Source: an uncultured Gammaproteobacteria bacterium (GTDB taxonomy: Bacteria; Pseudomonadota; Gammaproteobacteria; Steroidobacterales; UBA11654). From it: a stretch of DNA of 64,000 nucleotides. A program made the position numbers and the translations under genes. The first letter of the stretch is position 1. Every line of letters starts with the position of its first letter. Shown here piece after piece: positions 17,929-28,366 of this stretch. The notes under the pieces are model-generated. The model was not told where the DNA came from. It ran no database searches and worked only from the letters and a program-made list of their open reading frames with translations. The stretch spans positions 128,474 to 192,473 of the forward strand of contig CALMWC010000003.1 of NCBI GenBank assembly GCA_937801655.1. Direction: 5' to 3'.

Positions 17929-18771
17929 ATGATGAAGGATGAATATGTTTTGAAAGTATTGAAAATCTCATTGGTCTTTTGCTTAATTTCTTTTGGAAAT
18001 TATCCAGTGCTAGCAAATGGGCATCAAACTAAAAGCTTGGAATTGGATAAACCAACTGTTTTAGTTACTGGATCCAATCGAGGGATTGGCTTTGCTTTAG
18101 TGAAAAACTATGCTGCCAATGGTTGGAATGTTATTGCAACTTGCAGAAGTCCAGGTAAAGCAGAAGATCTCAATCAGTTAAGTAAGCAATACAGTAGTAT
18201 TTTTATCGAAGAAATGGATGTCACTGATATTTCTGAAATTCAGTATTTAGCTAAAAAATATAAGAATCAGCCGATTGATATTCTTATAAATAATGCTGGC
18301 ATATTGGGCAATATCGAAAATCAATCTTTCGGAAACTTGGATCCAGATCTGTTTGAAAAAGTGATGGCTGTTAATGCATTGGGACCACTGAAAGTAGCTG
18401 AAGCATTTGCAGATAGTGTCGCCTTAAGTAAACAGAAAAAAATTGTCTCCATGACCAGTGGTTTGGGATCTATGCAGATTACCTTAAACTCAGAGGCCTT
18501 CTATTATTACAGGATGAGCAAAGCAGCTTTAAATATGGGAGTACTGGCAATGAATGTCAGCTTAAAACCAAAAGGAGTCATTTCGGCTTTAATTGCCCCA
18601 GGTATGGTGGAGACACAATTATTAAGAGATTCAGGCTATCCTAGAGAAGGTATTACAACTGACGAGAGCGCTGCCGGTTTGGTTAAAGTTATCAATGAAA
18701 TTAGTAACGAAACTATTAAAAAAAATAGAGGTAAATCAACTAATTACAATGGTATGGTCATACCTTGGTAA
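17929..18771 (+). CDS. Short-chain dehydrogenase/reductase (sniffer/C-factor-like) with N-terminal signal or anchor
   Basis: VTGSNRGIG cofactor motif, NNAG, catalytic YRMSKAALN, C-terminal NYNGMVIPW. A hydrophobic N-terminus (LKISLVFCLISFGNYPVLA) precedes the Rossmann fold. AAGGAG lies just upstream of ATG 17929/17932. Confidence 0.85.
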   Translation: MMKDEYVLKVLKISLVFCLISFGNYPVLANGHQTKSLELDKPTVLVTGSNRGIGFALVKNYAANGWNVIATCRSPGKAEDLNQLSKQYSSIFIEEMDVTDISEIQYLAKKYKNQPIDILINNAGILGNIENQSFGNLDPDLFEKVMAVNALGPLKVAEAFADSVALSKQKKIVSMTSGLGSMQITLNSEAFYYYRMSKAALNMGVLAMNVSLKPKGVISALIAPGMVETQLLRDSGYPREGITTDESAAGLVKVINEISNETIKKNRGKSTNYNGMVIPW

Positions 18772-18784
18772 GAGATTAGTTTAG

Positions 18785-19573
18785 ATGTTTATTTATCCAG
18801 AAATCAACCCAATTGCAATTCAGATCGGGCCTTTATCCATCGCATGGTATGGGTTGATGTATTTAATGGGTTTTATTGCTGCCTTTGCATTAGCAAAAAT
18901 GAGAGTCAAACAAGAATGGTCACCCATCCAAGACAATCAAATTGACGATCTGATATTTTTTTCGGTTCTAGGAGTTATTATAGGTGGAAGATCTGGTTAT
19001 ATGATCTTCTATGCTACCAATGCATTCATAGGAGACCCTTTAGATTGGTTTATTCAATTCCCACAATTATGGAGTGGTGGCATGTCATTTCATGGAGGCT
19101 TGATAGGTGTTTTAATTGCGGTTTTTTTATTTTCAAAAAAAATAAAACAACCGTTTGTAGAGGTCATTGATTTTGTTGCTCCTCTGGTACCTATTGGTCT
19201 TGGGTTGGGAAGAATTGGTAATTTTATCAATGGCGAATTATGGGGAAAAACAACAGATTCCCAATGGGGATTCTTGGTTAATGGTGTTGTTAGACATCCC
19301 ACTCAACTCTATGAAGCATTTTTAGAGGGCTTGGTCTTGTTTATAATTCTCTGGGTTTTTACTGTTCGTAAAAGAGATTCTGGTTTTCCAGCAGCATTGT
19401 TTTTAATTTGTTACGGTCTTTTTAGATTTTTGATTGAATATTTTAGATTGCCAGATGATCACATAGGTTATCTTGCCTGGGAATGGTTGACGGTGGGACA
19501 GATTTTATCTATCCCGATGTTGTTGATTGGTTTTTACATCATGTTTAGTTCAAAAATTAGGAAAAATACTTAA
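18785..19573 (+). CDS. lgt: Prolipoprotein diacylglyceryl transferase
   Basis: Lgt pattern: WYGLMY, GGRSGY, GGMSFHGGLIG, GRIGNFINGELWG, HPTQLYEA. Confidence 0.95.
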   Translation: MFIYPEINPIAIQIGPLSIAWYGLMYLMGFIAAFALAKMRVKQEWSPIQDNQIDDLIFFSVLGVIIGGRSGYMIFYATNAFIGDPLDWFIQFPQLWSGGMSFHGGLIGVLIAVFLFSKKIKQPFVEVIDFVAPLVPIGLGLGRIGNFINGELWGKTTDSQWGFLVNGVVRHPTQLYEAFLEGLVLFIILWVFTVRKRDSGFPAALFLICYGLFRFLIEYFRLPDDHIGYLAWEWLTVGQILSIPMLLIGFYIMFSSKIRKNT

Positions 19574-19628
19574 CTAAATTTGTATAATTAAGTATCTAAA
19601 ATAAATTTCGCTTAAAGGGGAATTAACA

Positions 19629-20465
19629 TTGCATCAATACCTAGATTTACTCCAAAGTATTCTCGATAAAGGAGAGGTGAAAGAAGATAGAACGGGTACA
19701 GGCACTCGAAGTTTCTTTGGACATCAAATGCGATTTAATCTTAGCGAAGGCTTTCCCATTCTTACAACAAAGAAAATATTTTTTAAAGGCGTGGTTTACG
19801 AACTTCTATGGTTCTTAGATGGCGCGACTAATAATACTGTTTTAAAAGATGCGGGAGTGCATATTTGGGATGAATGGGAGACTGAGTCGGGTGATTTAGG
19901 ACCGATTTATGGCCATCAATGGAGGTCTTGGCCCAGCTCTAGTAATGGTGGAGTGATAGATCAAATTGAAAAGGTCATTAGTCAAATCAATAACAACCCC
20001 TCTTCAAGAAGAATTATTGTCAGTGCTTGGAATGTTGCAGATCTACCGGATGAAAGCATATCCCCTCAAGAGAATGTTAAGAAACAAAAAATGGCTTTAG
20101 CGCCTTGTCATGCATTGTTTCAGTTTTTTGTTTCACAAGGTAAGTTGTCTTGCCAATTGTATCAGAGGAGTTGCGATACTTTTTTAGGCCTTGGATTTAA
20201 CATTGCTTCCTATAGTTTATTGACTCATATGATTGCCCAACAATGTGATTTAGAAGTTGGTGATTTTGTTTGGACCGGTGGGGATGTTCACTTATATCTC
20301 AATCATCTAGATCAAGCCAATGAGCAACTTACAAGAGAGCCTTATGCACTGCCAAAATTGAGTATAAAGAGAAAACCTAACTCAATATTCGATTATACTT
20401 ATGAAGACTTTGAGCTCCTTGATTATCAATCACATCCTCATATTTCTGCTCCTATTTCAATCTAG
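19629..20465 (+). CDS. thyA: Thymidylate synthase
   Basis: (M)HQYLDLLQ..., DRTGTGT, PCH active-site Cys ([10 protein letters not shown]), [18 protein letters not shown] start read at 19629. Confidence 0.95.
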   Translation: MHQYLDLLQSILDKGEVKEDRTGTGTRSFFGHQMRFNLSEGFPILTTKKIFFKGVVYELLWFLDGATNNTVLKDAGVHIWDEWETESGDLGPIYGHQWRSWPSSSNGGVIDQIEKVISQINNNPSSRRIIVSAWNVADLPDESISPQENVKKQKMALAPCHALFQFFVSQGKLSCQLYQRSCDTFLGLGFNIASYSLLTHMIAQQCDLEVGDFVWTGGDVHLYLNHLDQANEQLTREPYALPKLSIKRKPNSIFDYTYEDFELLDYQSHPHISAPISI

Positions 20466-20468
20466 TTT

Positions 20469-21272
20469 CTAAGCTTTTATCGCAATTTCTGGATGCATAA
20501 TATTTATAGCTATTAAGTCTCCTCCCCAGACACAGCCTCCATCCAAACACACTATATTCTGATCATGATAGTAATTCAGTGCAGACCAATGTCCAAAAAC
20601 AATTAAACTTTCAATGGTTTTTCTGTTTGGATGAGAAAACCAGGGCAATAAATTAGAAGTACTGTCTATAGGTGATCCTTTTTCATTAAAGTCTAGCTCA
20701 ATGTCCTTGCTCATAAATCTCATTCTTGTAAAAGCATTAATAATAAAATTACTTCTATCTATACGATTGACTTGGTTGATCCATTTATTGGGAGTGTTCG
20801 TATACATATTCTTAAAGAAATTAGGGCCCTCTTGACCTTTTATGATTGAACTCATTTCATTGCTATATTGAAGCGATTCTTTTATAGACCAATTGGGATG
20901 TATTCCAGCATGAACTAGCACAGTGTTTAGTTTTTGATCAAAATGTATTAGAGGTTTGCTTCTGAGCCACTCAATTAAATTAATTTTATCTTTTGATTCC
21001 AATATTGGTTTAAGTGATTCATCTGTACTCTTAATTTTGTTATCAGAAAGAGCAAGAGCAATCAAATGAAGGTCATGGTTACCAAGAACAGTGATAATCG
21101 ACTGATCAATAGAGTATAAATAATTCAGTACTTCCAATGATTTGGGCCCTCTATTAACTAAATCTCCCGTTAACCATAATTGATCTTTGCTTTCATCAAA
21201 CTCAATTTTTTCGAGCAGCCTTCTTAATTCTTCATAGCAGCCTTGTATATCGCCTATTGCATAGATAGACAA
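20469..21272 (-). CDS. apaH: Bis(5'-nucleosyl)-tetraphosphatase, symmetrical
   Basis: YAIGDIQGCYEEL, GDLVNRGP, GNHD metallophosphatase motifs. Located after rsmA, as in the enterobacterial/Pseudomonas operon. Confidence 0.9.
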   Translation of the reverse strand: MSIYAIGDIQGCYEELRRLLEKIEFDESKDQLWLTGDLVNRGPKSLEVLNYLYSIDQSIITVLGNHDLHLIALALSDNKIKSTDESLKPILESKDKINLIEWLRSKPLIHFDQKLNTVLVHAGIHPNWSIKESLQYSNEMSSIIKGQEGPNFFKNMYTNTPNKWINQVNRIDRSNFIINAFTRMRFMSKDIELDFNEKGSPIDSTSNLLPWFSHPNRKTIESLIVFGHWSALNYYHDQNIVCLDGGCVWGGDLIAINIMHPEIAIKA

Positions 21273-22055
21273 TTAAAAGCACCTTTTCTTGGATAGCTTA
21301 ATGTAGTCTTTGACAGTTAAGTTTTCTGGTCGGCTTTCACAATCAATACCCATTCCTTTAATTTCTTCTTTTGAGAAATAATCTTTTAAGCCGTTGCTAA
21401 TTTTCTTTCTTCTTTTAGAAAATACTGTTTTAAGAATATCATCCAATGAATCTAATGTGTCTTCATCTAAATTATTTTTTGGTGTAATTTTAATGAGAGA
21501 AGAAATAACCTTGGGTTTAGGAAAAAATGCATTCGGAGAGATATTAAAAAGTTTCTTAACATTACATCGAGCCTGGATTGCAATAGACAATCGACCATAT
21601 GTTTTTTTATTGTCATCACTGGTCATTCGATCAGCAACTTCTTTTTGAACCATGATATGAAGATCTTCAAATAGTGAATTAGAGTTCAGCATATGGAAAA
21701 TGAGTGGAGTGGAGATATTGTATGGTAGGTTTCCTATCAAACGAATTTTTTTATTACCTTTAACAACACTTTTGAAATCAAATGAAAGCGCATCCATACA
21801 ATAAATATTAATATCTTTAGAATGAATGCTTTTATCAAGTTGAGACGATAAATCTTTATCAATCTCGATAACGTCTATTTTTTTTAAATGCTCCAAGAGT
21901 GGGTATGTTAAAGCACCTTGACCGGGGCCTATTTCTAAGAAATGATCATTAATTTTTGGATTAATTGACCTAATAATTTTTTGTATTATATTCCTATCAT
22001 GTAAAAAATTCTGGCCAAAGCGTTTTCTAATAATAGACTTAGTTTTTTTCTGCAT
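21273..22055 (-). CDS. rsmA: 16S rRNA (adenine1518/1519-N6)-dimethyltransferase
   Basis: KRFGQNFLHD, EIGPGQGALT, GNLPYNISTP motifs. Confidence 0.95.
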   Translation of the reverse strand: MQKKTKSIIRKRFGQNFLHDRNIIQKIIRSINPKINDHFLEIGPGQGALTYPLLEHLKKIDVIEIDKDLSSQLDKSIHSKDINIYCMDALSFDFKSVVKGNKKIRLIGNLPYNISTPLIFHMLNSNSLFEDLHIMVQKEVADRMTSDDNKKTYGRLSIAIQARCNVKKLFNISPNAFFPKPKVISSLIKITPKNNLDEDTLDSLDDILKTVFSKRRKKISNGLKDYFSKEEIKGMGIDCESRPENLTVKDYIKLSKKRCF

Positions 22056-23022
22056 AGCTTTGAGACATTTTTTTTGCAGTCATTAATGCATAGTGAAGGC
22101 TTTCATTATTCACGTTATTGCTAGCGGTTAAATCCAATGCTATACCATGATCGACTGAAGTTCTTATAATTGGTAGACCCAAAGTTACATTTGCTGCCTG
22201 ATGTGGATTTACAAATTTGAATAGCGGCAACCCTTGGTCATGGTACAGAGCTAGAATAATATCCAAATTGAGATTTTGTAAAAAAGCAGTGTCTGCTGAT
22301 ATAGGGCCAACAATATTTTTATTCTTTTTTCTTAGATATTCTAAGGTGGGTTCAATGATCAATAGTTCTTCTTTCCCCAATAAGCCTTGTTCACCTGCAT
22401 GAGGGTTCAATCCTAAGACACCTATAGTTGGTTTTTTGAGACCAAAAAAAACTTGTAGATCTTTTTCAATAATTTCAATTGTTTCTATGAGACAACTACT
22501 ATCAATAGCTTCAGGCACTTCTTTTAGGGCTATGTGAGTTGTTGCTAATGCCATTTTCATATTGTCAGAGACAAATGCCATTACTGAATTGGATTTACAG
22601 ATGTTCGCAATAAATTCTGTATGCCCACTAAAATTAATACCGGATTGGTTGATAATATTTTTATGAACAGGCCCAGTAATCATTCCTTGAAAATCTTTAT
22701 TCAAACATTCCTGAGTAGCATTCTCAATCATTGCAATCACATAGGAACTATTTTGTTGATCAAGTTTTCCTGGCAGAACTTTATTGGCAGTATCAAAATG
22801 TTTAACCAATAGTGACTGTTTGGGCAAAGAGGAGTAATTTTTTTTTCGATCATACTGAACAAAGTCAATCCCTAGTTTTAATGCATTTGCTCTTTCTTCA
22901 AGCATCAGTAAGTCTGCAAAAACTACAAATTCAGATGCATCATCTCTTTGAGCTATGGATAGAGTTAGATCAGGACCTATGCCGGCCGGTTCTCCTGAAG
23001 TGACAGCAAACGGTTTTAGCAT
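22039..23022 (-). CDS. pdxA: 4-hydroxythreonine-4-phosphate dehydrogenase
   Basis: TSGEPAGIGPDL, GHTEF, LGLNPHAGE, HDQGL, IRTSVDHG motifs. Confidence 0.95.
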   Translation of the reverse strand: MLKPFAVTSGEPAGIGPDLTLSIAQRDDASEFVVFADLLMLEERANALKLGIDFVQYDRKKNYSSLPKQSLLVKHFDTANKVLPGKLDQQNSSYVIAMIENATQECLNKDFQGMITGPVHKNIINQSGINFSGHTEFIANICKSNSVMAFVSDNMKMALATTHIALKEVPEAIDSSCLIETIEIIEKDLQVFFGLKKPTIGVLGLNPHAGEQGLLGKEELLIIEPTLEYLRKKNKNIVGPISADTAFLQNLNLDIILALYHDQGLPLFKFVNPHQAANVTLGLPIIRTSVDHGIALDLTASNNVNNESLHYALMTAKKMSQSYAEKN

Positions 23023-23047
23023 AATCTTTTCGTCAAGAAATATTTAA

Positions 23048-24367
23048 CTAATTGAAAGGTAGAATTTCTACAAAAGCCTCATCTCTCAATTCACGTGCCC
23101 AGATTTCAATTTCGTCTGATAGCTTTGAATTCCGAATGGCTGATATGGCTTTTCTCTTTTGAATTTCCTCAGTATTATCGAATGTTCTCTTGCCTAAGAA
23201 TTCAATAATATGCCATCCATATCGTGTTTGAAAAGGCATACTGATTTCATTCTCATTCAATGAATTTGCAATAGATTCAAATTCTGGAACAAAAAAACCT
23301 TGAGCTGTCCATCCCATATTACCGCCTTCTTGAGCCGAGCCACTGTCTTCTGAGACTGCTGATGCAACTGCTCCGAAATCACCTTCATTAATTATTTGAT
23401 TTCGTATTGTTTTAAGTTTTTCTTCTGCAGCAGAATCATCTAATACTTCATTGGTCTTGATTAGAATATGTCTGACATTAATCTGATCTTCAAATATAGG
23501 ATCATTGCCTTTGATACCGTTCAATCTTAGTACATGAAAACCACTGGCACTTTTGAAAGGTTGGCTTATTTCATCTGTCTCAATTGTACTAACTGCTTGT
23601 ATAAAAATATTAGGTAACTGTTCTCCCTGCATCCAACCTAAATTTCCTCCATTAAGGGCTTGCTGACCTTTGGAAAATTCTACTGCCAATGATTCAAAAT
23701 TCTCTCCATTAGTAATACTCTTATAAAGATTGTTAACTAAAAGTTCTGCTTTTGCTGTCTCATTATTACTTGATTTAGAAGATATAGGTATCAATATATG
23801 TGAGAGATTATAGCTATAATTTAGAGCATCTTGATCTTTTTGGAGAACCATAAAGCTTTCTAGTTCACTTTCAGAAACGGAAATCCTAGATGCAACATCC
23901 CTTTGTCTTAATTGATCAATAGTGAGTTGTTCTCTAAGCTCTTTTCTATAATCTTTATAGTTAATACCTTCCGCCTCTAATATTTTTGGAAAATCTTTGA
24001 ATTCAACCTGATTATTTTGAGCTACATTTGTTATAGCAGCATTCAGTGCCTCATCTGAGATTCTGACACCAAATCTTTCAGCACGCTGAAGTTGAACTCT
24101 TTGTATAATTAGTCTTTCCATAACTTGTTCTTGTATTACATCTCTTGACGGTAATCGTCCTTCTTGTTTTTCTAAATTAGCTATAATTAGTGTAAGTTGT
24201 TGCTCAACTTCACTTCTTAAAATAACTCCGTCATTCACAATGGCAGCAATACCATCAATAAACTCACCAGTACCACCCAGCTCTCTTGTCTGAGCATATA
24301 TATTGGTATTGAAAATGATTGTTATACAAACAATTATTTTAAGAGCTATTTTATTTATTTCGAACAT
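23048..24367 (-). CDS. surA: Periplasmic chaperone / peptidyl-prolyl isomerase SurA
   Basis: Signal peptide, SurA N-domain (IAAIVNDGVILRSE), two parvulin domains (GGNLGWM..., GGNMGW...). Sits between lptD and pdxA. Confidence 0.9.
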   Translation of the reverse strand: MFEINKIALKIIVCITIIFNTNIYAQTRELGGTGEFIDGIAAIVNDGVILRSEVEQQLTLIIANLEKQEGRLPSRDVIQEQVMERLIIQRVQLQRAERFGVRISDEALNAAITNVAQNNQVEFKDFPKILEAEGINYKDYRKELREQLTIDQLRQRDVASRISVSESELESFMVLQKDQDALNYSYNLSHILIPISSKSSNNETAKAELLVNNLYKSITNGENFESLAVEFSKGQQALNGGNLGWMQGEQLPNIFIQAVSTIETDEISQPFKSASGFHVLRLNGIKGNDPIFEDQINVRHILIKTNEVLDDSAAEEKLKTIRNQIINEGDFGAVASAVSEDSGSAQEGGNMGWTAQGFFVPEFESIANSLNENEISMPFQTRYGWHIIEFLGKRTFDNTEEIQKRKAISAIRNSKLSDEIEIWARELRDEAFVEILPFN

Positions 24368-24369
24368 AA

Positions 24370-26550
24370 TTAAGTGCCATCATATCCTAATATTCCCCGA
24401 TCCAATAGGTTTTCAATAGGCGTACCGATTTCACCGAGGCCTTTAAAAATAAATTGAATTGAGAAAGAAGAGTCTGATTCACCATTTCTATATGCTAAAT
24501 GCTTCCTAGAGATAGCTCGAATTCCCCAACAGCATGTTTCATATTCCACTCCTATGAATTGTTCTAAGACTTTTTTATCTATAATTGAGTAATTATAGCG
24601 TCCAACAACATTCCAACTATCTCGAATAGGAACAGAAAAAGAAGTATCAAATTGCCTAAGCATATTCCGACGATGTCTGTATGAGAAATTAAAGATCTTT
24701 GCATCATCCGATTTGTATTGAAAACGCGTTTCTGTTTTCATTGATTTGCCGATTCCTGAATCCCACATATGACCTAATCTTAATGACCATTCTTTATTGA
24801 TATTCCATTGCATCATTGCAAGATATGCTGAGGAACTATTGTTCATTTCTAGTTCATTTGGAAGGGTTACTTTTCTTTCTTTGTAATAATGAGTTTGCCC
24901 TAAGGTTAGGCTCAGAATGGGTTTCAGGCTATCTGTTTTAAATAGTTTTGTTGTCATTCCATAACTTAATTTTGACGTATCTCCTATACGATCTTGTCCT
25001 ATGTATCTATTTTTTCTAAATAGTTGAATATGATTAATATCAGGTTGGATGGTATCAAACAGGGGAAAATCATTTTGATTACGGAAAGGGATGTAGACCC
25101 CCATTACTCTAGGTTCTATGGTTTGTGTATATGTACCTTCACTCCAAGACTTCTTCAATAAAGCATTAAAGTCCAAACTGTATATAGGGACAGCTCTTTT
25201 CGCTGTAAGATTAGCTGACTCTTCATTGAAATCTTTCTTCAAATTGTATTTCGTTAAATCAATCTCCAAAGTGGGTTTTATTTGAATGCCATTTAGATTA
25301 AATGTTTTTGATACATTGGGCATCATATGAAACCTGCCGCCAGAGAGTGCTCCATTCTTATCAAAATAGGCTAACTGGCTATTAAGTCCATAATTTATAC
25401 CAGTATTCTCCAAAGTCCATAAACCTGAAAAATTTAGATAAGGCAATCTTCTATGAGGTTTTTCGCTATAGAGAATAGAGTCATCAAGTATTTGGTGGTT
25501 GTCCATACCAAAATTTAAAAACCAATTATCATTAAAGTGATCAAGGTTAATAGATCTCACTAAGTGGGTTCTGCTAGTGGTGCTGAGTGATTGTGTTAGA
25601 TCTTCAAAATAGTTATTTTCAGAAGCATATTCACCCTTTAAGGATACTCTCCAATCGGATTTTAGGTTAATGATCTGTTCATGAGAAATATAAGTTCTGT
25701 CCTTATTTAATTGTTTATCATCAAATAGAAAGTCAAGATGCGTTTCACCTTTTTGCTTATTAGTCATAAATCTGAATTGATTACTCAGCTGAAATCCTCT
25801 TTTATCCATATATTTTGGAGTGGTTATCAGATCCATATTAGGAGCAATATTCCAATAATAAGGAAGGCTTAATTCTATTCCTCTTTTTGTTGATGAGCCA
25901 AAGTTAGGAGTAAGAATGCCTGACTTTCTTAAATCTGATAGAGGAAAGGTCAAGTATGGGAGGTACAAGATTGGCCAATCTTTAAATCTTAAGATTAGAT
26001 TTTTTGCCACTCCCTCATCTTTATTGAGTTGCATTGATTGAGCTCTGAGCTCCCAAGAATTATCCAGAGTACTACAAGTAGTATAGGTAAAATCAGTTAG
26101 GCTAAAGTTATTATTACTATCTATTGCTATTGTTTTAGCAACCCCTCTTGCTGGTACGCTGAAGATTTGGTATTCACCTTCTTGTATTAATGCTGTTTTT
26201 TCTTCAGTCCTGATAATGGCTTCTTTCCCATAAATGATGGCATCTGAATTTTCAAAAATAAGGTTCTTGGTTACCCTGATGATGCCTCCACTTTCATCAA
26301 AAGCTGCTTCTCCACCAGTAATAGTGTTATCTCCTGAGGTTACTTTTATCTCATTCTTAATTTTTAATTTTTTACCCAATTCCCCTTCAATGGAGCCAGC
26401 AGTCAGTGAAGCAGATGTTTCGGAATCCATTGTAAGGTTGTTTGAATTTTTATAACCAATCAAGCAAGTGTTGTTGGAGATTTCTTCAGCATTAGCTTCA
26501 GAAACCATCATTATGATAAATAATATAAATAACTGTTTAGTAGTATTCAT
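24370..26550 (-). CDS. lptD: LPS-assembly outer-membrane protein LptD
   Basis: 726 aa with signal peptide, OstA-like N-domain and a long beta-barrel rich in alternating aromatic residues. Conserved position upstream of surA. Confidence 0.9.
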   Translation of the reverse strand: MNTTKQLFILFIIMMVSEANAEEISNNTCLIGYKNSNNLTMDSETSASLTAGSIEGELGKKLKIKNEIKVTSGDNTITGGEAAFDESGGIIRVTKNLIFENSDAIIYGKEAIIRTEEKTALIQEGEYQIFSVPARGVAKTIAIDSNNNFSLTDFTYTTCSTLDNSWELRAQSMQLNKDEGVAKNLILRFKDWPILYLPYLTFPLSDLRKSGILTPNFGSSTKRGIELSLPYYWNIAPNMDLITTPKYMDKRGFQLSNQFRFMTNKQKGETHLDFLFDDKQLNKDRTYISHEQIINLKSDWRVSLKGEYASENNYFEDLTQSLSTTSRTHLVRSINLDHFNDNWFLNFGMDNHQILDDSILYSEKPHRRLPYLNFSGLWTLENTGINYGLNSQLAYFDKNGALSGGRFHMMPNVSKTFNLNGIQIKPTLEIDLTKYNLKKDFNEESANLTAKRAVPIYSLDFNALLKKSWSEGTYTQTIEPRVMGVYIPFRNQNDFPLFDTIQPDINHIQLFRKNRYIGQDRIGDTSKLSYGMTTKLFKTDSLKPILSLTLGQTHYYKERKVTLPNELEMNNSSSAYLAMMQWNINKEWSLRLGHMWDSGIGKSMKTETRFQYKSDDAKIFNFSYRHRRNMLRQFDTSFSVPIRDSWNVVGRYNYSIIDKKVLEQFIGVEYETCCWGIRAISRKHLAYRNGESDSSFSIQFIFKGLGEIGTPIENLLDRGILGYDGT

Positions 26551-26699
26551 TTAGTCCAAATAACATTTCTTTCTTCTTCAATACTTTATTATCACATATC
26601 ATTATATGTAAGGTTTCTGAATTCATGCTCTTAATTATCATGTAATATGATTAATTTTATAGAAAAAATTTGATTTCTTAGTATATATAAAGGTAATAA

Positions 26700-27689
26700 T
26701 TGAAGCAGAGTGAAAGAAATATTCTTTTCAAGTCTTGGATAGAAAATTCTATCGATGCCATCATAAGAAGAATAGAGCCTGCAAGCTCAGATGCTAGTTT
26801 TAGAAGTTATTACAGAATTACTCTTAACAATGAAGACACTTTCATTGCAGTAGATTCTCCTCCAGAACATGAAAATAATAAGACATTCATGAGAATTGCT
26901 CAAATATTGGATGATATGGGTATATCAGTTCCAAAAATCATTGATAGTGAATTAAATCATGGTTTTTTAATCATGAGTGATTTAGGAAGCAATACGATGT
27001 TAGATAAATTGACATCAAATATTCAATACTCATCTGATTATTATAAAAAAGCGATTAGTGTGATTTCTAAAATCCAGCACAATGGAATTTCTTCTCATTC
27101 TGAGCTACCTCTTTATGATAAAGATATGATGCTTGACGAGATGAAATTGTTTATCAATTGGTACTGTAAAGTGGAGTTGAATATAAACGATAATGAAATA
27201 GAAAAATATGATCTATATAGTATTTTCAATCAAATCGCAGATAGGGCACTTAAGCAAGAACAAGTATTTGTGCATCGAGACTTTCATTCAAGAAATATTA
27301 TTGTCAATAACAACAATCAATTAGGGATATTGGATTTTCAAGATGCAGTTTTGGGACCCATAACGTATGATCTTGTTTCTCTGCTTAGAGATTGCTATAT
27401 AACTCTCCCTGAACAATTTGTCTCAGAAAAGATTGAACACTTTTATAATGAGTCATCAGCTTTGCTAATGAACACCACACAAGAAGAATTTACAAAAGAT
27501 TTTGACCTGATGGGTGTTCAAAGACATTTAAAAGCAGTAGGTATTTTTTCAAGATTAAAGCATAGAGATCAAAAAGAAACTTATATTTTGGATATTCCTA
27601 GAACAAGAAATTATTTAATAAAAATTTGTGATAAGTATGATTCTCTTCAATCATTATCTGATTTTTTAAGAGAGCATTCTCACCAATGA
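26700..27689 (+). CDS. amgK: Anomeric MurNAc/GlcNAc kinase (aminoglycoside-phosphotransferase fold)
   Basis: APH-type catalytic region VFVHRDFHSRNIIV ... LGILDFQDA. Divergent from lptD and 4-nt overlapped with murU, as in Pseudomonas. TTG start at 26700. Confidence 0.7.
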   Translation: MKQSERNILFKSWIENSIDAIIRRIEPASSDASFRSYYRITLNNEDTFIAVDSPPEHENNKTFMRIAQILDDMGISVPKIIDSELNHGFLIMSDLGSNTMLDKLTSNIQYSSDYYKKAISVISKIQHNGISSHSELPLYDKDMMLDEMKLFINWYCKVELNINDNEIEKYDLYSIFNQIADRALKQEQVFVHRDFHSRNIIVNNNNQLGILDFQDAVLGPITYDLVSLLRDCYITLPEQFVSEKIEHFYNESSALLMNTTQEEFTKDFDLMGVQRHLKAVGIFSRLKHRDQKETYILDIPRTRNYLIKICDKYDSLQSLSDFLREHSHQ

Positions 27690-28366
27690 AAGCGATAGTA
27701 TTAGCTGCAGGAAAGGGTGAAAGATTAAGACCTATTACAAATCAAATTCCAAAGCCTTTAATATCTATTGATAATAAAACATTGCTTGAGAGAAATATTG
27801 AATCTTTGTATCTGTCAGGAGTAAGAGAAATCATAGTCAATTCTTCTTGGTTGGCAAAACAAGTTGAGGTTTTTTTATCAACGATAAGTTATCCAAATCT
27901 TAAGATTGTTTATTTATATGAGGGCGAAAGCCCATTAGGAACTGCAGGTGCAATTTTTAATGCCATTGATTATTTAAGGGATGATTATTTTTGGGTAGTT
28001 AATGCAGACATTTTGACGAATTATTCTTTTAAACACAATAAAACTAGTAGCAAACAAAAAGCCCACTTAATTCTAGTTCCTAATCCCGATCATAATCCTG
28101 ATGGTGACTTTGGTTTGAACGATGGAATTGTGTGCAATCATTCAGATCAGAGGTATACTTTTAGTGGCATTAGCTTACTTTCTCCTGAGATGTTTGTGGA
28201 CCAAGATAGAGAGACAGAATCATTAGGAAGAATTTTAAGAGACTTCGTTGAAAAAGATATCGTTACAGGAGATTTATTTTATGGTGAATGGCTTGATGTA
28301 GGTACCCTGGAACGATTAAATGAAGCCAAAAATAAAATAGAAATAAGCAACTTAAATGAAAGATAA
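27686..28366 (+). CDS. murU: N-acetylmuramate alpha-1-phosphate uridylyltransferase
   Basis: MKAIVLAAGKGERLRPITNQIPKPL nucleotidyltransferase N-terminus, FSGISLLSPEMF, and WLDVGTLERLNEA. Collinear with Pseudomonas MurU as I recall it. Confidence 0.8.
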   Translation: MKAIVLAAGKGERLRPITNQIPKPLISIDNKTLLERNIESLYLSGVREIIVNSSWLAKQVEVFLSTISYPNLKIVYLYEGESPLGTAGAIFNAIDYLRDDYFWVVNADILTNYSFKHNKTSSKQKAHLILVPNPDHNPDGDFGLNDGIVCNHSDQRYTFSGISLLSPEMFVDQDRETESLGRILRDFVEKDIVTGDLFYGEWLDVGTLERLNEAKNKIEISNLNER

